NCBI GenBank assembly: GCA_041645165.1
Contig: JBAZQN010000004.1
Location: 18,789-82,788 of the forward strand
Length of the DNA: 64,000 nt
DNA from: Patescibacteria group bacterium
GTDB taxonomy: Bacteria > Patescibacteriota > Patescibacteriia > 2-02-FULL-49-11
Direction of reading: 5' to 3'
Shown here: positions 17,793 to 26,824 of the stretch, piece by piece
Numbering within the stretch: position 1 is the first letter of the stretch
Layout of the letters: the number at the start of each line of letters is the position of its first letter
Translations under genes and position numbers: made by a program
Notes under the pieces: generated by a model
Databases searched by the model: none
Told to the model about the DNA's origin: nothing
The model's input: only the letters and a program-made list of their open reading frames with translations

Positions 17793-19058
17793 ATGTCCCA
17801 ACTCATTCGTTTCCCCGGCATGGTGGATATGCATGTGCATATGCGCGAGCCAGGGATGGCTCAAAAAGAAGACTGGCTCACGGGAACTTCTGCGGCAGTC
17901 GCAGGCGGAGTGGTTGCGGTCGTTGATATGCCGAATACCATTCCGCCCACGTTCACGAGTGAGGCATTAGATGAAAAGGAAAAAATCGCGCGCGAGAAAG
18001 CCCTTTGTGATTACGGATTCTATTTCGGTTCTGACGGCAGCAACCTTGGTGAATTTGAAAAAGTATATGACCGCGTATTAGGGTTAAAACTTTATTTGGA
18101 TGAAACCACAGGTGCGCCACCTCGTCATTCCCATGGAAATGGGAATCCAGATAGTAAAAATAAATCGATTCCTGTTTTTTCTGGATCCCCGATCAAGGCC
18201 TGCCCCGCACTTGATGCGGGGTCGGTGATGACATTGAAGCAGGGGGCGAACACGTTATTACTTGAGGATGAAAAAATAATTAAAAGCATATTTCGCGCCT
18301 GGCCGCGCGGCAAGCCGATTCTTGTGCACGCGGAAGGCGAGAAGCTTGCACGCGCGATTATCCTAGCTCAAAAGAATTACCAAAAACTCCACTGCTGCCA
18401 TATTGCCACGAAAAAGGATATAGAAGTAATCGCAAAGGCCAAGATGAAGGGAATATCACTCACCTGCGAAGTCTCACCGCATCATTTATTCCTCACCAAT
18501 AAGGACAGAACGCGGCTAGGATCACTCGCAATGATGAAACCGGAGCTGGGTACGGAGGCGGATCAACAAGCATTGTGGAATCATATTCAAAAAGGCACTG
18601 TTGATTGCATTGCTACGGACCATGCACCGCATACACTTGAGGAAAAATTGACCTCAGATCAACACAGTGACCCCTCCTCTGTCCCCCCCTTACTAAGGGG
18701 GGGATGGGGGGGTCCTTGGGGCGTGCCCGGGTTAGAGACTGCAATGCCTCTGCTTTTAACTGCGGTTGAAGACGGAAAATTAACCCATGAAGAACTCACG
18801 CGACTTACCAATATAAATCCGTGCCGTATATTGGGAATACGTCCTGCAGGACAGACGTATGTGGAAGTAGAAACCGGCATACAATACCAACTGGATGAAA
18901 GAACGCTAAAAACCAAATGCGGCTGGTCGCCGTTTGCTGACATGACGTTGAAAGCGCGCGTGGCGCGTACGATCATTCGTGGCGTTGAGGTATATAAAGA
19001 TGGTAAGATAGTGGCAGCGAAAGGCGTGGGAAGGCCGATCTTGTCATCTCCGACTTGA
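17793..19058 (+). CDS. pyrC: dihydroorotase
   Basis: Metal-binding DMHVHMREPG, DHAPH and amidohydrolase fold. It contains two in-frame palindrome-encoded insertions (HSHGNGNPDS at 18127-18146; DPSSVPPLLRGGWGGPWG around 18682-18702). Confidence 0.85.
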   Translation: MSQLIRFPGMVDMHVHMREPGMAQKEDWLTGTSAAVAGGVVAVVDMPNTIPPTFTSEALDEKEKIAREKALCDYGFYFGSDGSNLGEFEKVYDRVLGLKLYLDETTGAPPRHSHGNGNPDSKNKSIPVFSGSPIKACPALDAGSVMTLKQGANTLLLEDEKIIKSIFRAWPRGKPILVHAEGEKLARAIILAQKNYQKLHCCHIATKKDIEVIAKAKMKGISLTCEVSPHHLFLTNKDRTRLGSLAMMKPELGTEADQQALWNHIQKGTVDCIATDHAPHTLEEKLTSDQHSDPSSVPPLLRGGWGGPWGVPGLETAMPLLLTAVEDGKLTHEELTRLTNINPCRILGIRPAGQTYVEVETGIQYQLDERTLKTKCGWSPFADMTLKARVARTIIRGVEVYKDGKIVAAKGVGRPILSSPT

Positions 19059-19105
19059 TCGGAGATCTAGTCAAAACATTAAAAAAAACAATTCATTTCT
19101 ATTGA

Positions 19106-19160
19106 TTTCTGGATTCCCGCTGGAGCCTGTCCCGTACCGCGATACGGGGCGGGAATGACA
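19106..19160 (+). promoter_or_regulatory. TTTCTGGATTCCCGC...GCGGGAATGACA inverted-repeat element upstream of pyrD
   Basis: The same terminal 15-mer and 12-mer recur at 40973-41003. It encloses the cccgtaccgcgatacggg hairpin. Confidence 0.5.
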
Positions 19161-19169
19161 CCTACAACT

Positions 19170-20090
19170 ATGACTACACTACAAACCACATTTTGCGGCG
19201 TAGAATTTGAGAATCCTTTAATTTTGCCTTCTGGCATCATTACTGAAATCCCCGCGCATAAAAAAGCAGAAGACGCAGGAGCAGGAGGCGTAACGCTCAA
19301 ATCCTTTACCGTGCAGCCGCGCGAAGGGCACCCCTTGCCGCGCATTATAAAATATGACCATGGTTTCTTAAATTCCGTAGGCCTGCGTAATGCGGGTATT
19401 GAAAAAGGCAAAGAGGCGGTCAAGGAATATCTCTTGCACGCGGGCGTCCCCACCATCGTGAGCGTATTTGCGACAAATGTGAAAGATTTTGTCCGGCTGG
19501 CGGAAACGTTTGCGCCGCTTAACCCTGCGATGATTGAGCTTAATCTAAGCTGTCCGAATGTGGAAGACGAATTTGGCGACCCAAGCGGCAATACTGCCGA
19601 GAGCGCGGGCAATGCAGTGAAAGCAGTGAAAAAGGTTGCGGGCGCGGTGCCGCTTATCGCAAAACTGTCACCTAATGTGGCGAGCATTGCGGATGTGGCG
19701 AAATCGTGCGAAGCGGCAGGCGCCGATGCGATTTCTGCCATTAATACGGTAGGGCCGGGCATGGTTATTGACATTAAAACGCGTAAACCTGTGCTCGGGC
19801 ATCTCAAAGGAGGCGTTTCGGGCGCGGGGATTTTTCCGGTTGCCGTGGCGAAAATCTATGAGCTCTATGACGCGGTAAAGATTCCCATCCTCGGCATGGG
19901 AGGCGTGACGAGCTGGCAGAATGCGGTTGAGATGATGATGGCGGGCGCGTCCCTGGTAGGCGTGGGTTCGGCAGTATACAGCAAAGGATATGTAGTGTTT
20001 GAGGAGATAAAGGAAGGACTCACAAGATACCTGGAGGAGAATGGATTCAATAATATTAATGAGGTGGTGGGGTTAGCGCACAACCATTAA
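19170..20090 (+). CDS. pyrD: dihydroorotate dehydrogenase catalytic subunit (class 1). The ORF-track start at 19155 lies inside the upstream repeat; the Met at 19170 is favoured
   Basis: FENPLILPSG, NSVGLRN, LSCPN, IAKLSPN, MGGV..W motifs. Confidence 0.85.
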   Translation: MTTLQTTFCGVEFENPLILPSGIITEIPAHKKAEDAGAGGVTLKSFTVQPREGHPLPRIIKYDHGFLNSVGLRNAGIEKGKEAVKEYLLHAGVPTIVSVFATNVKDFVRLAETFAPLNPAMIELNLSCPNVEDEFGDPSGNTAESAGNAVKAVKKVAGAVPLIAKLSPNVASIADVAKSCEAAGADAISAINTVGPGMVIDIKTRKPVLGHLKGGVSGAGIFPVAVAKIYELYDAVKIPILGMGGVTSWQNAVEMMMAGASLVGVGSAVYSKGYVVFEEIKEGLTRYLEENGFNNINEVVGLAHNH

Positions 20091-20199
20091 ATCCCAATGA
20101 CCATCCTTCGACAAGCTCAGGATGACAAGAAGTCATTGTCATGGTGAGCCGAGTCGAACCATGGAATTTAGTGCTTGGAGCTTAGAATTTTATTGAGAT

Positions 20200-21195
20200 A
20201 TGACTTTTTTTGAAAAACTCACCGCGGCCATGCAGCAAAATAACAGCCTCCTCTGTATAGGCCTTGATAGCGATTTCGAAAAAATCCCTGAATGTTTAAA
20301 GAAAAAGACGAGAGGGGATAACACACCCCCGCCCGATGGGCGACCCCTCTCAAGAGGGGATTACTCAAGCCGGCAGCGGGCGGAAATAATTCTGGCATTT
20401 AACCGCGCGATCATTGATGCGACGAAAGACGCAGTGTGCGCATACAAACCGAACAGCGCATTTTATGAAGCGCTAGGCGGGCGGGGTCTTGAAATTCTCA
20501 AACAGACAATCCAGTATATCCGCGAACGCGCGCCTGCTATTCCTGTCATTCTCGACGCAAAACGCGGGGACATTGGCTCCACCAATGCCTCGTATGTCCA
20601 ATTCGCCTTTTCGTATCTGAAAGCTGACGCAATTACCCTCCATCCCTACCTTGGGAGAGAAGCGCTCCAGCCGTTCCTTGATCAAAAAGAGAAAGGAATA
20701 TTCGTATTGTGCCGTACCTCGAATCCGGGAGCGGGTGAATTTCAAGACTTGAAGGTGTTTCGTTTTCAGGGTCATTCTGACCCCGCAAATGCGGGGGAAG
20801 AATCCCCCACGAATGTGGACCGGCATGCGCCGGAGACCCTTCGACACACTCAGGGTGACACTAATGGCGAAGAATTGTATAAGGTGGTGTCGCGCCAAGT
20901 AGCGGAAGAATGGAATGCAAATGGCAATTGCGGGCTGGTCGTTGGCGCGACCTATCCTGAAGAGCTAAGAGAAGTCCGCACCATCGTCGGTAATATGCCA
21001 ATTCTCGTACCCGGCATCGGCACGCAAGGCGGCGACGTGGAAAAGACGGTACGGGCTGGCATCACGGCTCAAGGAAACAGCATAATCGTCAACTCCTCAC
21101 GCGGGATTATCTTTGCTTCGTCAGACGAAGATTTTGCCGAGGCGGCAAAAATAGAAGTATTGAAGTTAAGAGATCAGATTAATCAATATAGATAA
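20200..21195 (+). CDS. pyrF: orotidine 5'-phosphate decarboxylase (long type 2 form)
   Basis: LCIGLDSD, DAKRGDIGST and VPGIGTQGG motifs. Two in-frame palindromic insertions at 20329-20357 and 20781-20796. Confidence 0.85.
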   Translation: MTFFEKLTAAMQQNNSLLCIGLDSDFEKIPECLKKKTRGDNTPPPDGRPLSRGDYSSRQRAEIILAFNRAIIDATKDAVCAYKPNSAFYEALGGRGLEILKQTIQYIRERAPAIPVILDAKRGDIGSTNASYVQFAFSYLKADAITLHPYLGREALQPFLDQKEKGIFVLCRTSNPGAGEFQDLKVFRFQGHSDPANAGEESPTNVDRHAPETLRHTQGDTNGEELYKVVSRQVAEEWNANGNCGLVVGATYPEELREVRTIVGNMPILVPGIGTQGGDVEKTVRAGITAQGNSIIVNSSRGIIFASSDEDFAEAAKIEVLKLRDQINQYR

Positions 21196-21215
21196 TTATG
21201 AAATGAGAATATAAT

Positions 21216-21701
21216 ATGCAAAAAATTATTATTGGAGTAATGGGACCAGGAGAGAGTGCCGCCGAATCAGACAGAGAACATGCTTATCAAATGGGGAAAC
21301 TTATTGCCCAAGCAGGGTGGGTATTGTTAACCGGCGGTCGGAATAGAGGGGTGATGGATGCTGCGAGTAAAGGTGCAAAAGAGCATGGTGGCCTTACCAT
21401 AGGAATCTTACCTACCTCAGATCCAAATACTGTGTCTGATGCTGTTGACATGCCGATATTTACAGAAATGAAAAGCGCACGGAATAATATCAATGTACTC
21501 TCTAGTAGAGTAATCGTGGTATGTGGTATGAGTGCGGGAACTGCTTCTGAAGTTGCAATGGCTCTCGTGGCAAACAAACCAATCATTCTCATTGATCAAA
21601 ACAAAATAAGTAAGGATTTTTTTCAAACTTTAGGAAAAGAAAAGGTCAATTTTGTAGATACACCTCTAGAAGCTCTTGATAAGATAAAACACTTATTATG
21701 A
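21216..21701 (+). CDS. LOG-family / TIGR00725-like Rossmann-fold nucleotide-binding protein
   Basis: IGVMGPG....GGRNRGVMDAASKGA...GMSAGTASEVAMAL, resembling the PGGxGTxxE LOG signature. Confidence 0.55.
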   Translation: MQKIIIGVMGPGESAAESDREHAYQMGKLIAQAGWVLLTGGRNRGVMDAASKGAKEHGGLTIGILPTSDPNTVSDAVDMPIFTEMKSARNNINVLSSRVIVVCGMSAGTASEVAMALVANKPIILIDQNKISKDFFQTLGKEKVNFVDTPLEALDKIKHLL

Positions 21702-22333
21702 CCAACGAACAAGTGCTTGAATTTTTTAAAAACACTGGCGGTTATATCACAGATAGCCATATAGTGTACACCTCGGGAAAGCATGGATCGGCGTATTTGA
21801 ACAAAGACGCGATTTATCCGCACACTAGTCTCGTGTCTGAGCTTTGCAAGGTTTTTGCTCAAGAATTCAAAGGGAAAGGGATTGAGGCGGTAGCCGCGCC
21901 CGCACTCGGCGGCATTATACTTTCCCAGTGGACTGCGCACTATTTAAGCCTTATGGAAAAACGCGAGATACTCGCGGTATATACAGAAAAAACACCTGAC
22001 AACGGACAGATGTTTACGCGGGGGTATGATAAATGCGTTGCGGGAAAAAAGGTGCTGGTCGTGGAAGATATTTTAAATACTGGCGGATCGGTGCGCAAAG
22101 TGGTGGACGCGGTGCGGCAGGCGGGCGGCACGGCGGTCGCGGCAGCCGCGCTCGTCAACCGCGGGAGAGTTACATCGAAAGATGTGGGAGAGGTTCCGCT
22201 CTTCACCCTTGCTTCAATCAACCTCGAAGCGTGGAACGAACACGAGTGCCCTTTGTGCAAACAAGGAATTCCTGTAAACACCATCGTCGGCAAGGGGAGA
22301 GAATATCTGAAAAAGCAACAAAGCAACTCATGA
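21698..22333 (+). CDS. pyrE: orotate phosphoribosyltransferase
   Basis: PRPP-binding VLVVEDILNTGGS. 211 aa. Its start overlaps the stop of the upstream gene. Confidence 0.85.
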   Translation: MTNEQVLEFFKNTGGYITDSHIVYTSGKHGSAYLNKDAIYPHTSLVSELCKVFAQEFKGKGIEAVAAPALGGIILSQWTAHYLSLMEKREILAVYTEKTPDNGQMFTRGYDKCVAGKKVLVVEDILNTGGSVRKVVDAVRQAGGTAVAAAALVNRGRVTSKDVGEVPLFTLASINLEAWNEHECPLCKQGIPVNTIVGKGREYLKKQQSNS

Positions 22334-22992
22334 ATAATAAATCGCGAAAGATTATTGCCTTTACAAGCCTGGCCGGCTGCTGCATTTCTTTGGTTCTTAT
22401 TCTTATTTTATCAGCACTTGATCAAAATTATAATCCCGTGACAATGGCACTGAGTACATTAGGAGGAGTGAATGGGATAAAAGGAATCATCTTTAACAGC
22501 GGCCTCGCGCTGTTCGGGATACTGCTCATCAACTTCAGTGCAGGATTGCATCAAACGATAAATAATGGAAAGGGATCAAAAATGGGTCCAATAATGACCG
22601 CAATCGGCGGCCTCGGCATGATTGGTGCAGCCTTATTTCACTGTGACGCGGGTTGTACAAACATTCTTTTAAGAATGACACTGGCAGGAGCCGCGCATAT
22701 TTACCTTACTATTATTGCCGGCACTATATTAGCACTGTCGCCTTTTTTTATTCTCACAAGATTGCAGAAAGACACTGAATGGCGAGGATATCAACTATTT
22801 ACGTTGATGTGCGGCGTACTGATTTTCATTCCAAACGTAATTTTTTGGATAAATCACTTTATGGGCAACGGGTCATCCGTCGGCAATATCATGCAGAAAA
22901 TTTCAATATTTTTTCTTCTTCTCTGGGTGGGAGTTATGTCAGAAAAAATGTGGCGATTGCCAAATCGTTCTTCAGTTATACGAGCAACTTAA
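22330..22992 (+). CDS. hypothetical polytopic membrane protein (DUF998-like?)
   Basis: The ATGA overlap with the pyrE stop gives MNNKSRKIIAFTSL... with ~6 TM helices. The ORF-track entry 22033..22992 begins in another gene, so the start was trimmed. Confidence 0.5.
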   Translation: MNNKSRKIIAFTSLAGCCISLVLILILSALDQNYNPVTMALSTLGGVNGIKGIIFNSGLALFGILLINFSAGLHQTINNGKGSKMGPIMTAIGGLGMIGAALFHCDAGCTNILLRMTLAGAAHIYLTIIAGTILALSPFFILTRLQKDTEWRGYQLFTLMCGVLIFIPNVIFWINHFMGNGSSVGNIMQKISIFFLLLWVGVMSEKMWRLPNRSSVIRAT

Positions 22993-23006
22993 TTGAAACG
23001 ACACCA

Positions 23007-26000
23007 TTATTTCTGAATTCGTTCCTCCATCTCTTTCAGCCTCTGCCGCTCCTTTTCAACCACCGATGGAGGCGCTTTGGAGAGAAAAACAGGATCTGAG
23101 AGACGGCGTTTAAGATCGACAATATACTTTTCCTGCGCTTCCCTATCTTTAGGAGAAGTTTTTTCTTTTTTTGGTACGTCTAACAAAAGATGGATATGGG
23201 AAAGGCTTAAGGTTGGTTTCTCAATCTTTTCGGTGAGCGTTAAAGTAACCTTTGTAAGATGCTCGATTAGTGCCGAGTGATCAGCAATGACCTCTCTTAA
23301 TTCTTTAAGGCGTATGGCAATGGCGCCCTTGATCTTCTCTTTTGGATTCAACTTTTCCTCGGCACGGAATGCCCTTAATACAGTAATGAGCTCTTGCAAT
23401 TGCGTAAATTGCGATATTGCTAAACTGTTAAATTGCTGCTTACTTGGTTGCGGCCACGACTGAATAAGGAGAAGGTTTTGATTGACACCCCCTCTCTGTC
23501 TCCCCCTTTCTAGGGGGAGAACCTGAGCGGAGAAATTTTTCCATAATTCTTCGGTAATGAAAGGCGTGAAAGGATGCCAAAGCTTGATAATCTGTTCAAG
23601 CGTATGGAGCAATATTGAGTCGGTGGATTTCTCTAAACTTTGTTTTTTTTGAAACTTTGCGATCTCGATATACCAATCGGCAAATTTTCCCCAAGTGAAA
23701 TCATAAAGATTCTCAATCGCCGCGCTGTAGCGGTATTCTTCCATGGCTTTAGTCGTGCTCTCAATGATCGAGTCTAATTCTGACAGAATCCACTGATCCG
23801 CCAATGTGGCAGGTTGGGGTGTTTGTATCCTTGTGTCCTTGTTTCCTTGTTTCCTTGTATCTGCAGTAGTGAGGATGAAACGACCGATATTCCAAAGTTT
23901 ATTCACAAAATTGCGGTAACCTGCGATTTTTTCCTCATAGAGCCTGATGTCATTACCTGGCGTGGTGCCCACCACGAGCGAGAGCCGCACGGGATCGGCG
24001 CCGAATTTGGCGACCATATCGAGAGGATCTATGCCGTTGCCCGCGGATTTTGACATTTTTTTGCCATCACGATCGCGCACAAGCCCGTGGAGATACACCG
24101 TACGGAAAGGAATGTCGCCTACCGCATAGAGCGTCATGATGATCATGCGGGCAACCCAAAAGAAAAGGATATCATATCCTGTTTCCATGACACTGGTGGG
24201 ATGGTAAGTGAGGAAATCATTTCTCTCCAGGGGTTTACCCGCCGAAGTGGCAACGGAGGCGGGCCAGCCGAGCGTTGAAAATGTCCAGAGCGACGAAGAA
24301 AACCACGTGTCCAGAGTATCGGGATCTTGCTGTAGCGTTACAGAACCGCAGGTGGGACACCGAGAAGGGACTTCAGCAGAAACGATTACTGTGCCGCATA
24401 CTCCCATCTTAACCGACGGGTCAAACGTATAAGTATATATCCAGGCAGGGGTATTGTCGTCGACGTTTTTATGAGGATAATGCCGTGTAAAGGCAGCTCG
24501 TAACTCTTCACACTTCTTATACGTCTTTCCATGTGCCGCATCATTTAAATCAATTTCACCTACCGTCGTATTCTCGATATTTGTGATTTTCCCATAGCCG
24601 AACACTTTACGCGTGGCGCTGTCCTCAAACACCACCACGTCTCCTACATTAAATTCATAATCGCGGAGGCGGTAGGTTTTCGTTTTATTATCGAACACTT
24701 GTGGTACCACATCTTCGGCAAATCCCATTCGCTTTACCGCATTGCTCCCGCAATACCACACGGGAATTTGGTGCCCGAACCAGATTTGCCTCGAAATGCA
24801 CCAGTCATGGAGATTTTCCATCCAATGGAAATACGTCTTATTGAACCGGTCGGGAATAATCTTAATTCCTCCTCCCGAACGCACGGCCCACAATGCAAGT
24901 TCTTTCAAGGTCGCAGTGACGTCACACCCTCCCTTCGTCCCTCCCTTTTTAGGGAGGGAACCTGTAGCGTAGAACCGTCTCGCAAGGTTTAGATTCTTGA
25001 TCTTAAATGGTTTATCAACCGCGATAAACCATTGCAGGGAGGGAAGCGGCTCTATGGGAGTGCCGCAACGATAGCAGAGCGAGATATTATGCACATAATT
25101 CTCATCAATCTTTTCCACTAATCCCTTTTTCTTAAAAATTTCCACTATTTCTTCCCGCGCCTCGCGCGCATTTCTCCCCGCGAATGCGCCTGCCGCGTCG
25201 GTGAGCTTCCCCTCTTCATCAATAATTTTCACCACCGGAAGCTTGTATTTCTGCGCAAGGAGAAAATCCTCGAAGCTATGCGCCGGGGTAATGGTCATGG
25301 CGCCCGTCCCGAATTCCATGTCTGCGACAGGATCCGCGATCACGCGCGCTTTTACTTTTCCGCTTATCCACTCCACCTCGAGCTCTTTGCCGACAAGGTC
25401 TTTGTATCTTTTGTCTTTCGGGTGCACGATGATGGTCTTGTCCTGGAATTTGGTTTCCGGACGCGCGGTGCCGATGACGACAGGGCCATATTTGAAATAA
25501 TAAAATTTTGTCTTCTGTTCTTTATATTCCACTTCATCGTCCGCGAGAGTGGATTTGCAACGAGGGCACCAATTCACAATTCTGTTGCCGCGGTAGATGA
25601 GCCCATCATCGTACATTTTTTTAAACACCGTGCGCACCGCGAGAGAAAGGTCGGGGTCCAGCGTATAGCGCTCCCTCGACCAATCGCAGGAAGACCCCAT
25701 ACGGCGAATCTGCGTTTCAATCCGGTGGCGGGTGCCTTGCACAAATTCGTTGATTCTTTTCACGAGTTCTTTTCTTCCGATTTCGTGGCGGGTTTTCCCT
25801 TCTTTCTTATAAATCTCCTTCTCCACCACATTTTGCGTCGCAATGGCCGCATGATCCACGCCCGGCACCCAGAGCGCGCGCTTCCCCTGCATCCTCGCAA
25901 AGCGTGTCATAAGATCTTCAATGGTCAAAAACATGGCATGGCCAATATGAAGAGAGCCGGTCACATTCGGCGGCGGCATGGAGAGAGAGAATGACTCTTT

Positions 26001-26114
26001 CCGCGCGCCCAGCAGGTTATCAGGATTGAAAAAACCCGATGATTCCCATGCGCGGTATGATTGCTCTTCATCTTTATGTTCGTAGGCTTTCGGTAACAAA
26101 TTCGTAGATGCCAT
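23007..26114 (-). CDS. valS: valine--tRNA ligase
   Basis: HIGHA and KMSKS motifs. 1035 aa with a C-terminal coiled-coil. It carries at least two in-frame GC-palindrome insertions (23501-23520, 24939-24958) and a tandem octamer tract (23824-23856). Confidence 0.95.
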   Translation of the reverse strand: MASTNLLPKAYEHKDEEQSYRAWESSGFFNPDNLLGARKESFSLSMPPPNVTGSLHIGHAMFLTIEDLMTRFARMQGKRALWVPGVDHAAIATQNVVEKEIYKKEGKTRHEIGRKELVKRINEFVQGTRHRIETQIRRMGSSCDWSRERYTLDPDLSLAVRTVFKKMYDDGLIYRGNRIVNWCPRCKSTLADDEVEYKEQKTKFYYFKYGPVVIGTARPETKFQDKTIIVHPKDKRYKDLVGKELEVEWISGKVKARVIADPVADMEFGTGAMTITPAHSFEDFLLAQKYKLPVVKIIDEEGKLTDAAGAFAGRNAREAREEIVEIFKKKGLVEKIDENYVHNISLCYRCGTPIEPLPSLQWFIAVDKPFKIKNLNLARRFYATGSLPKKGGTKGGCDVTATLKELALWAVRSGGGIKIIPDRFNKTYFHWMENLHDWCISRQIWFGHQIPVWYCGSNAVKRMGFAEDVVPQVFDNKTKTYRLRDYEFNVGDVVVFEDSATRKVFGYGKITNIENTTVGEIDLNDAAHGKTYKKCEELRAAFTRHYPHKNVDDNTPAWIYTYTFDPSVKMGVCGTVIVSAEVPSRCPTCGSVTLQQDPDTLDTWFSSSLWTFSTLGWPASVATSAGKPLERNDFLTYHPTSVMETGYDILFFWVARMIIMTLYAVGDIPFRTVYLHGLVRDRDGKKMSKSAGNGIDPLDMVAKFGADPVRLSLVVGTTPGNDIRLYEEKIAGYRNFVNKLWNIGRFILTTADTRKQGNKDTRIQTPQPATLADQWILSELDSIIESTTKAMEEYRYSAAIENLYDFTWGKFADWYIEIAKFQKKQSLEKSTDSILLHTLEQIIKLWHPFTPFITEELWKNFSAQVLPLERGRQRGGVNQNLLLIQSWPQPSKQQFNSLAISQFTQLQELITVLRAFRAEEKLNPKEKIKGAIAIRLKELREVIADHSALIEHLTKVTLTLTEKIEKPTLSLSHIHLLLDVPKKEKTSPKDREAQEKYIVDLKRRLSDPVFLSKAPPSVVEKERQRLKEMEERIQK

Positions 26115-26368
26115 ATGATGCTATTATCATGTCTATTATACTCCTGATTGAAAATAAAAAACCACCTAACAAATGTTAGGGGCCCTGGATGAGGGCGGTA
26201 CCACCCCTATTCCCCGATGAGATCGGAGCACTTTTCTTGAGCGTTCACGGGCTCGTCCCGGCCGGGTCTACTATTCCGAAACATTCGGAGATTCTTCCGG
26301 CAGCTTTACCCCTTTGGGTAACTCTGGTGACAAATCAGAGCTAAAGCTTGTATAAGCACTCTTTAAAA
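26115..26368 (-). promoter_or_regulatory. T-box riboswitch-like leader of valS
   Basis: The minus strand reads aatAGGGGTGGTACCGCCC (T-box consensus AGGGUGGNACCGCG), followed by hairpin cctaaca-ttt-gttagg plus a U-run, then AGGAG and ATG. A 254-nt leader sits between tsaE and valS. Confidence 0.6.
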
Positions 26369-26824
26369 CTAACTGAATCGCCGATTTGTGTCAAGCAACC
26401 GTTCCCCGTCTTTATGAGTGTGCGAAAAGTTTATCCAGAGAGTGCGTGCGGGAAGTAAGGATTTTACCTTTTCAGCCCACTCGATCACCGTAAGGGCGTG
26501 GGGATCATCAAGATGCTCACGGATACCGATATCGATAAGCTGCTGCGGAGTATGGAGACGATAGTAGTCAACATGAACGAGGGTAGTTATATTGTTCAAT
26601 TGTTTTGGAAGCGTGTAGGTGTGAAGGAGAACGAACGTAGGGCTGGTGATATGTTTCTTAACGCCTAAGGCGCGGGCGAGGCCTTGCACGAATGTGGTTT
26701 TTCCCGCGCCCAAAGGGCCGACTAACCCCACCACATCGCCGCCATGCAAACCTTTTACTAACCGAGAAGCTAATTTGTTGGTGTCTGCAACAGAATGGCT
26801 AATCATAACTTCTTTATTTCGCAT
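26369..26824 (-). CDS. tsaE: tRNA threonylcarbamoyladenosine biosynthesis protein TsaE
   Basis: P-loop GPLGAGKTTFVQGLARALG and the TSPTF motif. 151 aa. Confidence 0.8.
   Translation of the reverse strand: MRNKEVMISHSVADTNKLASRLVKGLHGGDVVGLVGPLGAGKTTFVQGLARALGVKKHITSPTFVLLHTYTLPKQLNNITTLVHVDYYRLHTPQQLIDIGIREHLDDPHALTVIEWAEKVKSLLPARTLWINFSHTHKDGERLLDTNRRFS

Noticed and set aside
19079-19807. 242-aa minus-strand ORF
   Set aside because: It is antisense to pyrD, which has unambiguous DHODH motifs. The product is Ala/Pro/Ser-rich shadow translation.
22033-22330. 5' part of ORF-track entry 22033..22992
   Set aside because: It overlaps pyrE in another frame. The membrane protein more plausibly begins at the ATG overlapping the pyrE stop (22330).
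25278-25994. 238-aa plus-strand ORF inside valS
   Set aside because: It is antisense to ValS and has no motifs.
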